Below, one piece after another: positions 40,390 to 53,817 of a stretch of 64,000 nucleotides of DNA (its first letter is position 1; the number at the start of each line of letters is the position of its first letter). Below the pieces are notes generated by a model, which saw only the letters and a list, made by a program, of their open reading frames with translations, was not told the DNA's origin and searched no databases. Location: assembly GCA_951406725.2 (NCBI GenBank), contig OX597822.1, positions 71,114,001-71,178,000 of the forward strand, read 5' to 3'. The DNA comes from Octopus vulgaris (Eukaryota). A program made the translations under genes and the position numbers.

Positions 40390-41295
40390 TAGGGTGACCT
40401 CCTTCGGTCATGAATGACCATGGGATTGCACCTAGAAAGTTTCCCCTCTGAGGCACAAGTCTCGTTTGCTGAGAAACGGATACAAAAGCAAACTGAGTTA
40501 CAGTCCAAACAAACTGTTTGATCTTTCGAATCTTTCGCTTGTTTCAGTTATTGAACTGCGGCCATGTTGGGGCACCACCTGGAAAGTTTTAAGTCGTGCA
40601 AATCGATCCCTGCGCATGTTTCTAAGTTAGGAACTTACTGTATCGGTCACTTTTGTCAAATCCCTATGTTAAAGGGATTTTAATAAACCAACAACGGCTG
40701 GTGAACGGTGTTGAGGGCAACAAACACTGATACAAAGTCAATTCACAAAAAAAAAAAACAAAAGACGAAGACAGGTGGTGTAGACAACAAACAGATGTAT
40801 TAGTATAACGCTTGGGAAGTGAAAAAGTCTTTAATGTTTCGAGCCTACACTCTTCCACAGAAAGGGACACAGAAAGAAACAAGAAGAGAAAATAAAGAAT
40901 GTGTAGTGGTTAGCGATCTGGGCTTCCACGCAATTTCCATCAACCAAATTCGCTTACTAAGCATTATTCGGTCCAGGGGCTGTAGTAGAAAACACTTGCC
41001 CCAGGTGCCACATAGTGGGATTGGAACCGAAATCTCGTGGCTGCAAAGCGAACTTCTTAACCACATGGCCATGCCTGTACCTGATGAAAAATTTCTAAAC
41101 ATTTTCACAACAGATACAGCTACAATGTCTAAACGAAAAACAGCTAGTCGTCTCAATGGAGTTGTAGTTCTGTCTTTTCTCAGTGAGAAAAGACAGAATC
41201 TCTCATCTGCAAGAACTTGATCGTCCTTTTGTTTCATTGTTGAAATGATGTCATTACTTGTGTTTGCTCAACGTGGTTAGGAGTAAAGGAGTAAA

Positions 41296-41620
41296 GGCCC
41301 CCTTCAGTCACGAATGACCATGGGTTTGGACCTAGAAACTTCCCTTCTGAGGCACAAGTCTAGGCAAGGTCGTTTATGGAAGACCAGCAGTTGCCATACA
41401 TACCAGCCTCCCCTCTCCACGCCACTGGTGTTACCTAGGGGAAAGGAAAAGGCCAATACAGACTGACACCAGTGACATCACAACTCATTTCTACAGCTGA
41501 GTGAACTGGAACAACATAAAATAAAGTGTCTTGCTCAAGAACACAACACACAGTCCGGTCCGGGAATCTCACTCAATACCTCATGATCGTAAGCTCGACG
41601 CTCTAAACACTGAGCCATGT
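41296..41620 (-). mobile_element. SINE family B
   Basis: Reverse-complement match to family B. Confidence 0.85.
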
Positions 41621-42250
41621 GAGACGACCAACAAAATGTTTTGGCTGGGTTTCCTTACAGAGAAGCAGCATGAAGGAAAAGGCCTGAGGCATGGGGAAAC
41701 CTATCTGGTTGCTGCAAGATAACAACACATATACAGACACTTCACTTCTTATCCATGACGATTTGGTAAAGCACTCGACTACTCTTTTGTCCAGTTCACT
41801 TCACTGTTTGTATTTTGCATTGCAGACATTTCTGTTTCCTCTCTAGATTCGAAATCCATGTTAAAAGGTCAAAGGCCACTGATTTGAGAGACTAAAAGAG
41901 ATTGAAGAAAAATGGCTACAAGAACTGTGCAATGGCTTTGAAAATGTGATACAAAATATCCTCACCGGCCCCCAAATAAAACCAAACACAAGACAAATAC
42001 AAACCCTGAGTGGAACTTACCTGAGTGGAAGTTCCCTGAGTGGAACTTAACTAAAAGAGATTAAAATTTCAGTAAAATTGCTTCTTGTTTTTTTTTACAA
42101 AATTTGTCTTCTTTTGTAGGATAGAAGATATGTATGTATATATGTATGTAACACACATTCCACACACACATATTATACATACAGGTATGCTGGTGTAATC
42201 AGGTAAAATAGAACTCAAAAGATGAGTATATGTATATTTTTATTAATACA

Positions 42251-42348
42251 TAGCGAAAGTAACAGAGTGACTCAAAGTCTGATATCTTCATGTGTTGACA
42301 CCAACGTACGAAACTCTCAGACCTTGAGTCACTCTGTTACTTCTGCTA
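42251..42348. repeat. Inverted repeat, arms about 32 bp
   Basis: tagcgaaagtaacagagtgactcaaagtctga pairs with tcagaccttgagtcactctgttacttctgcta. A single-arm copy lies at about 47085-47125. Confidence 0.85.
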
Positions 42349-43119
42349 CATATGAATATATATATGTGCTTGAAAACGTTAAGAGCTGAAAGCGCTTACA
42401 CATCCATAAAAGCAAAGCCCACACACATTTTATGAAATCTCTTCCCAATGGTTAATGTCTTTCGACTTTGTAAAAAGGTTCTTTTCTCAACCTTAACTCT
42501 TTGAGAAAAATATATGTGTGTGTGTGTACCATCTTCATCATTATCAAAGGCTGCCCGTGGGACACGAACCCATATCTTCTGCTGACTTGATAAACGTTCT
42601 TCCATTGGATTTTGCTTAGCTCTCTCCCTTTTTTTAATCTCCTTTTCTTTTTTTTCCCTGTGTCTCTTTCATTTTCCTCTTGTATCCAAAACCCTATAAA
42701 ACTTTATAACTTTTATTCGTCTCTTGAGCATCAGCCTAACAATATAAACTGTAAACGTTCTTTAAATTTTTGTTGTTTGTTGATTTTGTTATCTATATTT
42801 GCTTTATATGTGTGAGAGTGTGTATGTGTGTATGTGTGTGCGTGTGTGTGTGTCTGTGTGAAGTGCCTAAATATATTATCAATGTTTGTTTTAGACATTC
42901 AACATCTTATCTTTAGAATGAATTGATGTCGACGTGCGTTGATGCCTCTTTAAAGGAGGTCGGGCCATTGTGATTGATGTAGATATTGCCGCCGGAATTC
43001 GAATTCTGATAAATCCGATCGTGAGATTTCATCAGGTGTTTACTTTTGTTTGTGAGAAATTTACGATGTCTGTATGCTTGCTTCACTATTGTATTGTTAT
43101 GAATATTATTCACTTCTTT

Positions 43120-43460
43120 AAGGCAGCGCGCTGGTAGAATTGCTAAGCACGCCGAGTAAACTGGTTTGAGGCATTTTGTTCACCTTTACGTTCTGAGTTC
43201 AAATTACATCAAAGTCGACTTTATCTTTCATCCTTAAAGGGTCGATAAAATAAATACCAGTTGATTACTGAGGTTGATGTGATCGACTTAGCCCCTCCTC
43301 GATATTGCTGGCCTTGTGCTAAAACATGAACTAATATTACTCATGCCTTTTTCAAGGCAGCGATCAGGCAGAATCGTTAGTTAGCCGGAAAAAATGTTTA
43401 GCGGCATTCATCTGTCTTTATGTTCTGAGTTCAAATTTCAGCAAGGACGACTTTTTACTT
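43120..43460 (+). mobile_element. Two family D SINE copies, the second truncated
   Basis: Heads aaggcagcgcgctggtagaat and aaggcagcgatcaggcagaatc, each with a B box. Confidence 0.7.
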
Positions 43461-43464
43461 AGAT

Positions 43465-43945
43465 AAGCTTCGGTCGAAGTTGTCCCAGGCCCTGTCTAAT
43501 TTAATAGCACCACCTGGAAGAAATACACAGTCAGCTCTTGGGCACCATATCCCATTCGAGCAGAGAGTTATTGTTTTCAGTGACATACCCCGGGTGTGGG
43601 TGGCTTGTTTGGTATTTGATGGAAGTAATCATCTAGGGACCGTTCGAATGCTGTGAAATCACTTTCCTCCTTTATGTGGGCCGGCACAATGTTGAAGAGA
43701 GCAGGACCAGTTGAGGTGAAATAGTTTTATAGTGATGTGATACGACACAAACATAATTTCTGTAGTGGACAAATGGCACAGGGGCCAAGCCTCAAATGAA
43801 TTTTAAAGATGGTAACTATATCATTTGATTAATGTAGTCAGAATATTTTCCACATCATGCAGATGATATAGCACTCACAGTGGCGTTGGAAGGATTAAAG
43901 CCTGGGTTTTTTTAGTCGATCTCAATAATCAAGGCTTGTCGTGTC
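43465..43945 (-). mobile_element. Old CR1/L2-group LINE 3' fragment
   Basis: Degraded translation ...GPALFNIVPAHIKEE...SLDDYFHQIPNKPPTPGY...NSLLEW parallels the C-terminus of the 17.4 kb LINE. Confidence 0.7.
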
Positions 43946-43959
43946 ATCTCTCTTTTTTT

Positions 43960-44255
43960 TTACTTGTTTCAGTCATTTGACTGCAGCCATGCTGGAGTAC
44001 CGCCTTTAGTCGAGCAAATCGACCCCGGGACTTATTCTTTGTAAGCCCAGTACTTATTCTATCGGTCTCTTTTGCCAAACCGCTAAGTGACGGGGACGTA
44101 AACACACCAGCATCGGTTGTCAAGTAATGCTAGGGGGACAAACACACAAACAAACACATATATATATACATATATACGACAGGCTTCTTTCAGTTTCCGT
44201 CTACCAAATCCACTCACAAGGCATTGGTTGGCCCGGGGCTAAAGCAGAAGACACT
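43960..44255 (-). mobile_element. SINE family A, 5'-truncated
   Basis: Reverse-complement match with little divergence. Confidence 0.85.
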
Positions 44256-44489
44256 TTTGTGATTGATCTTTTGGGACTTTCAATTTTCATAATATGCTGT
44301 ATCATGTGAGAGGACTACAGCGAACAACAGTATTCAAGGTGAAGGGCCGATAACATAAGTACTAGCTGGATACAGAGGGTGATGTAATCAACTTATCCCC
44401 TTCTCGATATTGCTAACCTCATGCCGAAATAGGAGACCAATATTACAGGCATCTTTAACCACCTACATTAGTGTTGAATTCTGTTGAGT

Positions 44490-44702
44490 AAATGTAACTC
44501 ATACTCAGTACATTGCGGTTCACCAATCACGCACTCAGTACATCGCGGATTTTTCTGGTTAATATATGTAAATTCACATCGCGGAATCCTCAGTATATCG
44601 CGGGTTACTGCGGCCGATAGGTATTTATATTTTTCTAGATTTTAATTATTTCTGTGGGAGGTTTTGAATGAAGCACCCGCGATAGCTGAGGGATTTCTGC
44701 AT
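44490..44702. mobile_element. Tigger/pogo-like MITE
   Basis: Repeated cagtacatcgcgg subterminal motifs and an inverted end ccgcgatagctgagggatttctgca. Confidence 0.55.
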
Positions 44703-45389
44703 ATTATTAGCCTCAATTTATTGTTTGATAGAATGTACTTTGTAAGTATTTGTTTTGCGTTTTTCATTATGTGCTTATCTGTTCTTTAGTCAGTAATGCA
44801 ATTGGTCCAAGGAATATTCTTTGCGTGTTACTCGTGGGATTTTTAATGGGTGTGGTGCCTTCCTTAATTTATGTACATGAAGTTTATTCTTCCCTGACAG
44901 CTAATTTTCTTTACATTATTCAAAAATATAATTCAAACGATTTACTCGTGTAGCATATCGTATGCATCAAATTCATGCTATGTATGTGCCTCTCTGTATG
45001 TGTGCATGTGTGCTTCTGTGTGTGTGTGCATGCATTCAGATGAACGGTTAAACATTTCACTTCATAATCATGAGGTCTCAAGGTTGATTCGATGGCTAGG
45101 TATATAAATTAAGTGTCTTTTTCCATAGCCCTCCAGCCGACCCAAGTGCTGTGAGTGAAAGAGTGTAAGACAAAATTGTATGGAAGCTCGTTGGATGGAC
45201 TGGGTCTGTAATTTAAAGGCCCATCCTTGTCATACATCATGTTATGCTGATTTAGCCAAAAGATTATGGTAAAGGTAGATGTGCATATGGAATACTCTGC
45301 TACTTGAATGAAAATTCATTGGACAGATGGTTTAGTTGAACAACTGAATACGCAACGTCGAAACCGCCAGAGATCTGCATGTCTTACAT

Positions 45390-46361
45390 CTTTAATTGTT
45401 TCACCCATTAAACTGTAGCCATGCTGGGGCACCTCCTTGAAGAGTTTTTAATCGAACGAATTGACCCCAGTACTCTTATAAAGCTTGGTATTTATTCCAT
45501 AGTACTCTTTCGCCGAACCTCTAAGTTACGGGGACATAAATACACTGACATCAGTAGTCAAGCCCGTGTGTGTGCGCACACACACATACACATGCACACA
45601 CACGTATATATACGTTGGGTTTCGTTCAGTTTTCATTCCCCAAATCTGCTCAAAAGTCTTTAGTCGGCCCCAGGCTATAGTAGAAGACACTTGCTCAAGT
45701 TACCACGGACCGGGACTGAACCAAGAACCATGTGACTGGTAAGCAAACTTCTTACCACACAGCCACGCCAGCGTATACAAAAGTGAAATGTAAGTATATA
45801 TCGTAAGGTGTCGAAATCTTGATGATATTTGGCCAGTAACTGATGAGGGAGTGAACATGTCCACGTCCATTGAGTGTATTTTTTCCTGTTGTTCCATATG
45901 TTCTTTTGGTCCCCTCTCCTGAGCCACATTTCTGATATATATATATATGTTTTTTAAAATGCATTACAGCCTTGGACCGACCAAAGCCTTGTGAGTGGAT
46001 TTGGTACATAGAAACTGAAAGAAGCCCATCGTATATATATATATATGTGTGTGTGTGTATATATCTTCTATCTTTTCTCTTTACAAAAGAAAAAAACCCA
46101 TTTTTCTCAGTGTTCATTATTTTCCTCATATTTGTTTTTGTTCGGTTTCCTTATATGTTTCCAATATCATGTTTTTGTTCTCAACTTTGACCCTCCATAA
46201 ATCAAAAATTTTATTTTGGTACTTATGGGAGAAACTGTCTTTGAAAACTCATATTGTTGTTGAATGCTCAATACGAGGAGTAGATAGACAACCGACAACT
46301 GATGAGAGGTAGTTTCTCTGTGTTTACTTGTCCTGTACCGATATATGTGTGTGTGTGTGTG

Positions 46362-46405
<44 letters not shown>

Positions 46406-46473
46406 TATTATTATTATTATATATATATTATATGTACATATCATATATATATTTTATATTATTTATTATATAT

Positions 46474-46516
<43 letters not shown>

Positions 46517-46636
46517 TATATTGGCCTGCTCGCTTAGCCAGCGGGGTGGCGTCATTTGAAGGCTAAAACAATGCGAAGTGCATTGTGACCAGCGATGTGT
46601 AACAACATCTGATGGCCTGGTCAGTCACGGTGAAAA

Positions 46637-46667
<31 letters not shown>

Positions 46668-46880
46668 TACACGTTTGTGTATCTTTGTTTGTCCCCCACC
46701 ATCACTTGACAACCGATGCTGGCGTGTTTACGTCTTCGTAACTTAGCGGTTCAGCAATAGAGACCGATAGAATAAGTACTAGGCTCACAGAGAATAAGTC
46801 CTGGAGTCGATTTGTTCGACTAAAGGGGGTGCTCCAGCATGGCCACAATCAAATGATGAAACAAATGAAAGAATAAAAGA
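45390..46880. mobile_element. Divergent family A SINEs (45390-45775 -; 45965-46050 and 46670-46880 +) with nested inserts
   Basis: Matches family A. A family F tail at 46522-46632 lies inside the + copy. Confidence 0.7.
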
Positions 46881-47146
46881 ATATGTCATTGTAATGTCCA
46901 AGGAGCTACGAGCAGTCTGTGATGGGTATAAAATGCAAAAATAAAAACAAAAAAAAAACAAAAACAAAAAAAACGTTCAGGAACAATAATAATTACAGAT
47001 TAATAGATCAGAGGCTCTGCTAGCTAGAAAACACACATCCATTAAACACACACACACATGTACAGGTTTAATAAGTGCCAATACTCGAAACTCTTGGACC
47101 TTGAGTCACTCTGTTGCTTTTGCTGAGTTTTAATTATATATATAGG

Positions 47147-47553
47147 TACAAAAAGTCTATAATTATAAGCATAATTATAATTAGAGTTCAGCAAATTGCT
47201 TCACCACATACCGAAATTCAGAAATAGCAGTTAAATACTATTCCACTACCATAAGATATCTCCCAGACAGCATAAGAGTATTTACAATTGAAATACTATA
47301 CAGAAGAAGGAAATAAGAGAGAAGAAATAAAAACTTTACATCTCTTTAATCTAGAAACGTGTATGTGGTTGATCAAAGCCAGGTGGATTCATTATTTTTT
47401 CTATTTACCTATGTAAATTAAGAGTATTGCTATCTGGGAGATATCTTAAGGTAGTGGAATAGTATTTAACTGGTATTTCTAAATTTCGGTAAGTGGTGAA
47501 GCAATTTCCAGAACACTAATTATAATTATGCTTATAATTATAGAATTTTTGTA
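47147..47553. repeat. Long inverted repeat, arms about 125 bp
   Basis: tacaaaaagtctataattataagc...gatatctcccagacagca pairs with tgctatctgggagatatc...ataattatagaatttttgta. Confidence 0.9.
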
Positions 47554-47954
47554 TGAGGTTACCAATAAAGGTTCTTTTAACATACCAAACTACTTGGTAA
47601 AATTATCAATTATCAATTAATTAATTAATTAATTAATTTTACTCTTTATTATTATATATACGTAGGTAGATATAATAAAAGATGTCATCTAGCTTCCATA
47701 CTAAACATATGCATGAATATGATGAATATGTACATATATTAAAATTCGATATTAATTTCCTTCACAACTAAAGATCTTTATGCTTCATACATGAACTGAG
47801 AAGTTGGAAGAAGGTAGCTTGTAACATACAGTACATATACAAAATCTGACGGTCTGTCATTTCCAAAGACTACAGTGGATTGACAACATTCCATTTTATT
47901 TGGTTTGAAGTGTTTAAGTTAACAAATCTCTGTGTTGTTAGGTTGAAATGCACT

Positions 47955-48577
47955 TTATTTACATTTGACGGATATTTGTCCTCATCTTGTTTGTTGTTAA
48001 CACAACGTTTTGGCTGATATACCTTCCAGTCTTCATCAGGTGTCTTGGGGAAATTTCGAACCTGGATTCTCATTCCTAAGGTATTTTTAGATGTTATTAT
48101 TATTACTATTATTATTATTGAGTGAGAGAGCAGTGCATGCCCTCAAAATAACACTGGGGTAAAATATACGAAGCCCAGTATATCCATCATGACTACCCAT
48201 CTAATAAGGGTACACCAGGCACATGCATCACAACCATATGTATGCAACATGGTGATCTCATATCAAGATAAACAGTGCATGACCTTGCGGGTGGCGCCCA
48301 GTTAGAAGTTTCTTCTGGGTGAGTAGCCCATCCTGCTCAAAAGGTCCTTGAATAAGGATTGGTTAAGGATGATGAACGAACCACCCATGTTTCCAAAGGT
48401 GAATTATCCAAACCTCTAAGAATTCCTTTCAACACACAGCTATGATGCTCCCCCACTACTTCTGCTTGTGGTCAGAGATGCACATATCGTCAGCCACTAA
48501 GGGACATGGTCAACTGGTTAAGGTCAAACAACTGACAAGCAAATCTGTGGTATTGAGCAGAATATTTGCTGTAGCCC

Positions 48578-48615
<38 letters not shown>

Positions 48616-48686
48616 TCATTGCTTGGAATCGAACTCAGTATCTTGGGGTTAGTAGCCTGCACTCTTAACCTCTACACCATATGCCC
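47955..48686 (-). mobile_element. tRNA-headed SINE-like element ending in a hammerhead motif, interrupted by an insertion at 48120-48577
   Basis: A box tggtgtagagg, B box gagttcgattcc and (AAT)n, then gacac-CTGATGA-A-gactgg...cagcc-AAAA-cg-TT-gtgtt (47999-48044). Confidence 0.65.
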
Positions 48687-49456
48687 ATAGGCATATGGTG
48701 TAGTAGTCAAATATCCATCAAATGTAATTAATGTAAATAACGTATGTAATTCCTCATCTCTTAAATATAGAACCGAAATGCACTTACTAGCAAAAGATTC
48801 TGAAGGTTAAATTTAAAATTGCACTTTTCTGGTGTTGCTAGCAAAATATATATATCATTATTATGTATAAATATATTTTAGGATATTCTATTCTTTAGCA
48901 AAGAAGAGTACTTTATACATTCCCGCATAATGTTCGCAGGCCGTGTTATATAGTGCCATGATGTAAACGAAAGATATACATTAAATACACATGTAAAAGA
49001 GCAATCTGCATCTCTGTAATAGAACAGAATACATTTAGATATATTTCTAAATAATATAATATAAAATATACCCATGATTTCGATAGATCATTTAGTATAC
49101 AATGAAATGAGTGCAATTTCAATTTTATCTTTGGTATCACTTCTCTAGGCAGTGAATTTCAATCATATAGCATTGCTATTTGATAACTTAGACCCTTCCA
49201 ACCGAAGAAAGTAAGATTTGCCAGCCTAATACAGTCTTTCCGCCTGGCCGAAGAGTGCACAATTGCATAAAACTGGAGATCTTTCGGTTCAAGATGAAAG
49301 GTTTGTATTTATATCAACATTTTATGTATCTGCTTTTATATGAATATTGAAAGTATATCTCTCTTGTGATCACATCGTTACATAATAAGCTGGTATGAAT
49401 GTTTATATATATATATGGATAGATATGAACACACACATGCAAAAAAAAAAAATATA

Positions 49457-49492
<36 letters not shown>

Positions 49493-49689
49493 TATGTATA
49501 GTTTGACAAAGGCTAAGAGGCAGAAATTTCGAAGTCACAGTCACCTCTCCTCTTGTAAATGTATAATGAATATGTACTTGACAAAAATATATTTAATAAT
49601 CATTCGGTTTAATGTTAAATTGTTTTTGTTATAATTTGACATTAAAAAAATCAAGACAAACAGTTCTCTATCTATCTATCTCTCTAATA

Positions 49690-49744
<55 letters not shown>

Positions 49745-49804
49745 ATTTATATGTATATATATATATATATATCTATGTGTGTGTGTGTGTGTGTGTGTGG
49801 ATAT

Positions 49805-49865
<61 letters not shown>

Positions 49866-49872
49866 TACATAG

Positions 49873-49913
<41 letters not shown>

Positions 49914-50116
49914 AACACATATACACATATGCATATATGGGTACAGGACGTCACCAGTAGTAAACAACATGAAATACGAAAACAAGTGACTTCAATATGC
50001 AAACAACAAGAGAAGCGAATGGAAAACAGGACATACAACACAAAGGATGACCTCCTTTCATCAGTTGTCGGCTGTCTATCTACTCCTCATTTCGAGCATT
50101 GAACGAGAATACATAA

Positions 50117-50169
<53 letters not shown>

Positions 50170-50212
50170 TAAAAATTGTATAATACAGCAGCATTTTCGA
50201 ACTTCATTTTTT

Positions 50213-50254
<42 letters not shown>

Positions 50255-50462
50255 TATATTACTATTTGATGGAACACCATACATCCATTTACAAGTAAGT
50301 TTATCTATCTATGTATACTATATATGTGTATATGTATATATATGTATGTATATATATATATGTATATATATATGTATGTATATATATATATATGTATATA
50401 TATATGTATATATATATGTATATATATGTATATATATATGTATATATATATGTATATATATG

Positions 50463-50591
<129 letters not shown>

Positions 50592-50632
50592 GTATATATA
50601 TATGTATATATATATATATGTATATATATATG

Positions 50633-50663
<31 letters not shown>

Positions 50664-50836
50664 GTATATATGTATATATATATATCATCATCATCATCAT
50701 CATCATCGTTTAGCGTCCGTTTTCCATGCTGGCATGGGTTGGATGGTTCCACTGGGATCTGTGAAGCTGGAAGGCTTCATCAGGCCTAGTCAGATCTGGC
50801 AGTGTTTCTATGGCTGGATGCCCTTCCTAACGCCAA

Positions 50837-50937
<101 letters not shown>

Positions 50938-50952
50938 TTATGTTTATGTATT

Positions 50953-51229
50953 CCAGTTTCAGCTCTTGAGCTGTGGCCATGCTGGGGCACCGCCATTTGG
51001 TGTTGCTACATGATTTTACCTCACGAATGCTTTTTAGCAACTGCCATTTGGTGCATGAGAGAGTTTGATGCAGCTGCCCTCATCTGCACCTCCTGCCGTG
51101 AAGTTGGTTCATCCCGGACACCTGACAGGAAGAGATCCAGTCCTACTTTAAAGACATCCGCATCCACCCCATGCAGGTCCCTCAGGTTCTTCGGGAGGAT
51201 ATTGAAGAGCTGTGGGCCTCGGAAGCCCA
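50953..51229 (-). mobile_element. Second, short 3' copy of the 17.4 kb CR1/L2-group LINE
   Basis: [27 protein letters not shown] and the 3' UTR closely match 17371-17648. Confidence 0.92.
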
Positions 51230-51369
51230 TAAGACAATATAAAATATTGTCCACACATAGAACAGATGCAACAATCAGGCAAATTACAGAAGCTACACAC
51301 ATAATAGAAGATAAACCTAGCCTGAATAGGAAACTGGAATGGAACACTAGCACACACCACAACATTTGA
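51229..51369 (+). pseudogene. Penelope-like GIY-YIG C-terminal relic
   Basis: [38 protein letters not shown] fits the PLE pattern KIL...R.I.EA..I....PSLN. Confidence 0.65.
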
Positions 51370-51530
51370 CAGTAGAAGATCCCCATAAACTGGTTACAAT
51401 GTAAACAAAACTGAAAACATAATAAATAACATACACAGATAAATAAACAAATAGAAATAAATAACTATATAAGTTTTTTTTTTTTATTTATTTTATTTTA
51501 ATTTTTTTTGTTTAATTTAAAAGATTTTTA

Positions 51531-51564
<34 letters not shown>

Positions 51565-51850
51565 TAGTATTGTTGTTTTACATACATACATACAAGCAAA
51601 CGTAATGATAATAATAAGTGGATGTAAATACATGAACAAAATAAGAATAAACAAAAACAACAAAAACAAATTACATGAATGTATATAAACAGAAGATACA
51701 AATATTACAGGCATCCCCCCCCACACACACTAAATAAACATAGACGCACATAGAGATATAAGCATGCGCAAATGAAGACATACAATAGAAATACAAAATG
51801 GCTGACGGTTAGTAAAGAGAGACACAAATAAGAAAGAAGAAAACAAAGGA

Positions 51851-51890
51851 CCACTGATGCGGTCACAGGAGTGTGACGAAAGAACTCTGG
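51851..51890 (+). ncRNA. Hammerhead-like motif with A9 substituted
   Basis: cca-CTGATGC-G-gtcac-aggagt-gtgac-GAAA-gaac-TC-tgg. Confidence 0.55.
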
Positions 51891-52619
51891 CCAAAATAAG
51901 TTTAAGATTAATGTAAAAAGTAAATAACACTGAAGCAAGATAACACCAAATATATAGTGCGTGTGTTTTTGTTGGCTAAACTGGCAAAATGACCATTCCG
52001 GAATATAACAATACATATAATTCTTTTAACGAATAAAACTGAGATCATACTAAAATATCACATTTTGATTACATTTTATTATTTGTTGCAGCCATCATTA
52101 TGTAAGTCATTATGAAAAACTTTCCACAGTGCTTATCGTTCTATTTTCTGTGAAGTCTCTGCTGTTTGTCCTGTAATGCATTTTAAAAGTTACCATTTAT
52201 TTATGTAGATAGTATAACGAACTAATTACTGGCTTGCTAATTATTCGAGGTTGATCTCTCCTGGTTATAACTACTTTCAGACGATTGTCTGGGACACAAG
52301 AAAGGTATGCATTTAGTTACGTTTTAAAAGTCTCAGAAATAAATCTTTAATTCAATTTTTGGGAAGAAATCACAAAACTGAGAGCCTTTGAAAGATTATA
52401 CTATAGCGGTATAGATTCCTAATGCAATTATGTCAAAGAGGTTTGGCAATTTGATAGAATGTCCAGTTCTTTTGTGAATTCTTCCTTCTAGACAAAAATT
52501 TGGAGCAAGACATAACAAAAGCTTTCAAAAGTGCTAATCGCTGTTGTGTTCATCTCAAGAGAACAGCTCTATTATGATAATTATGTGTTCATTACATACA
52601 CGGTTCATTAGTGCAAGAG

Positions 52620-52665
52620 TTCTGAGACATCGCTGTTTCGATATATTGTGACTCATCAGCCAGAA
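52620..52665 (-). ncRNA. Type-I hammerhead motif, same family as 30443-30490
   Basis: ttctgg-CTGATGA-gtcacaatatatc-GAAA-cagcgatg-TC-tcagaa: 6 bp stem I and a stem III capped by GCGA; stem II is weak. Confidence 0.6.
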
Positions 52666-53509
52666 GTAACCAGACTAATGAATTTAACAAAAGCAAATGA
52701 CTTTGTTTATTATTTCGGTGAACAAATTTTTCGTTGATTAGTGCTGGCATCTGCCAAGTGATAATAAATCATTATTTACATAGTGGATAGCGAGAATCGA
52801 AACGGTGACTTGCATATTTAGTCTGTATATGTTCTGTATGTGCTCACGTGTGTGTGTGTGTGTGAGTGAGTGTGTGTGAGTATGCGTGAGGAGTTGCTGC
52901 TTTTGCTTTTGTTTATTTTGAGAGTAAATTACCCCCTCCCCACCACTACTCTGTTTTGTTTGGAAATGTGAGTTTACTCTTCTGCCAGAATAAAACAACC
53001 GACAAAAAAGAAAAAAAAAAAGGAACTTATAAACTGTTTTTAAACATTATTAAGTTCAAATAACAATATCAATGAAAATGGCACATAATAACGTTATTTC
53101 ATGAAGGCACGTAGCTTAGTGATTACATATATTTAAAATAGAAAAAAAAAATCCCCAAACATTAGTGGTTTCATGTTTACCAACAACCAATAGCAAAGGC
53201 GAAATTTCGAACGATTGAAGAAAGGTGTTCTGTAACATTTTACTTTGATACATCTGTAAACTGGTGATTGTGCAAGTGTTTTTGACAGGTCTGTTTATTT
53301 AAAACAAGTAAATAAATAGATAGATAGAAAATAAAAATAGAAAAGTAGTTATGTGTTTATATAGATATATGTGTGAGTGTATATATACAGACACTCATAT
53401 AGACATGTATGCATATACGTGACAGCTCTTAATTTTTCAAGAACAGCAAAACAAAAAAAACAAGTAGTTATGCATTTTATATATATGCGTGTCTATACAC
53501 ACACACACA

Positions 53510-53550
<41 letters not shown>

Positions 53551-53774
53551 TACTCTGTCTCTGTCTGTCTGTCGGTGTCTCTCTCTCTCGCTATATGTAT
53601 ACATACATAGATACATACATATGTATATGCATATTTATATGTATACACACACACAGTATATATATATATATGTATATTATAAAATATTATTAGAGACAAA
53701 ACCACTATTTTGCAAAACAAACAAGGAAAGACTTAATCAATACATAAAATTTTAATAAATAGTCAAAAAAACCG

Positions 53775-53817
53775 CCACTACAATTGTTTCTTGTCTTGAT
53801 CGACAATCTTCAGGTGG
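53775..53817 (-). ncRNA. Intact minimal type-I hammerhead ribozyme motif
   Basis: ccac-CTGAAGA-ttgtc-gatcaa-gacaa-GAAA-caattg-TA-gtgg: full core, 4 bp stem I, 5 bp stem II, palindromic stem III ACAATTGT and GUA triplet. Confidence 0.8.

Noticed and set aside
42003-42050. Consensus minus-strand splice donor CAG|GTAAGT
   Set aside because: It arises within a 3x ~15 bp tandem repeat (cctgagtggaactta) and no convincing acceptor or exon was found.
49241-49290. CCGAAGA-gtgc-acaatt-gcat-AAAA hammerhead-like string
   Set aside because: Two core changes and no stem I pairing; too degraded to call.
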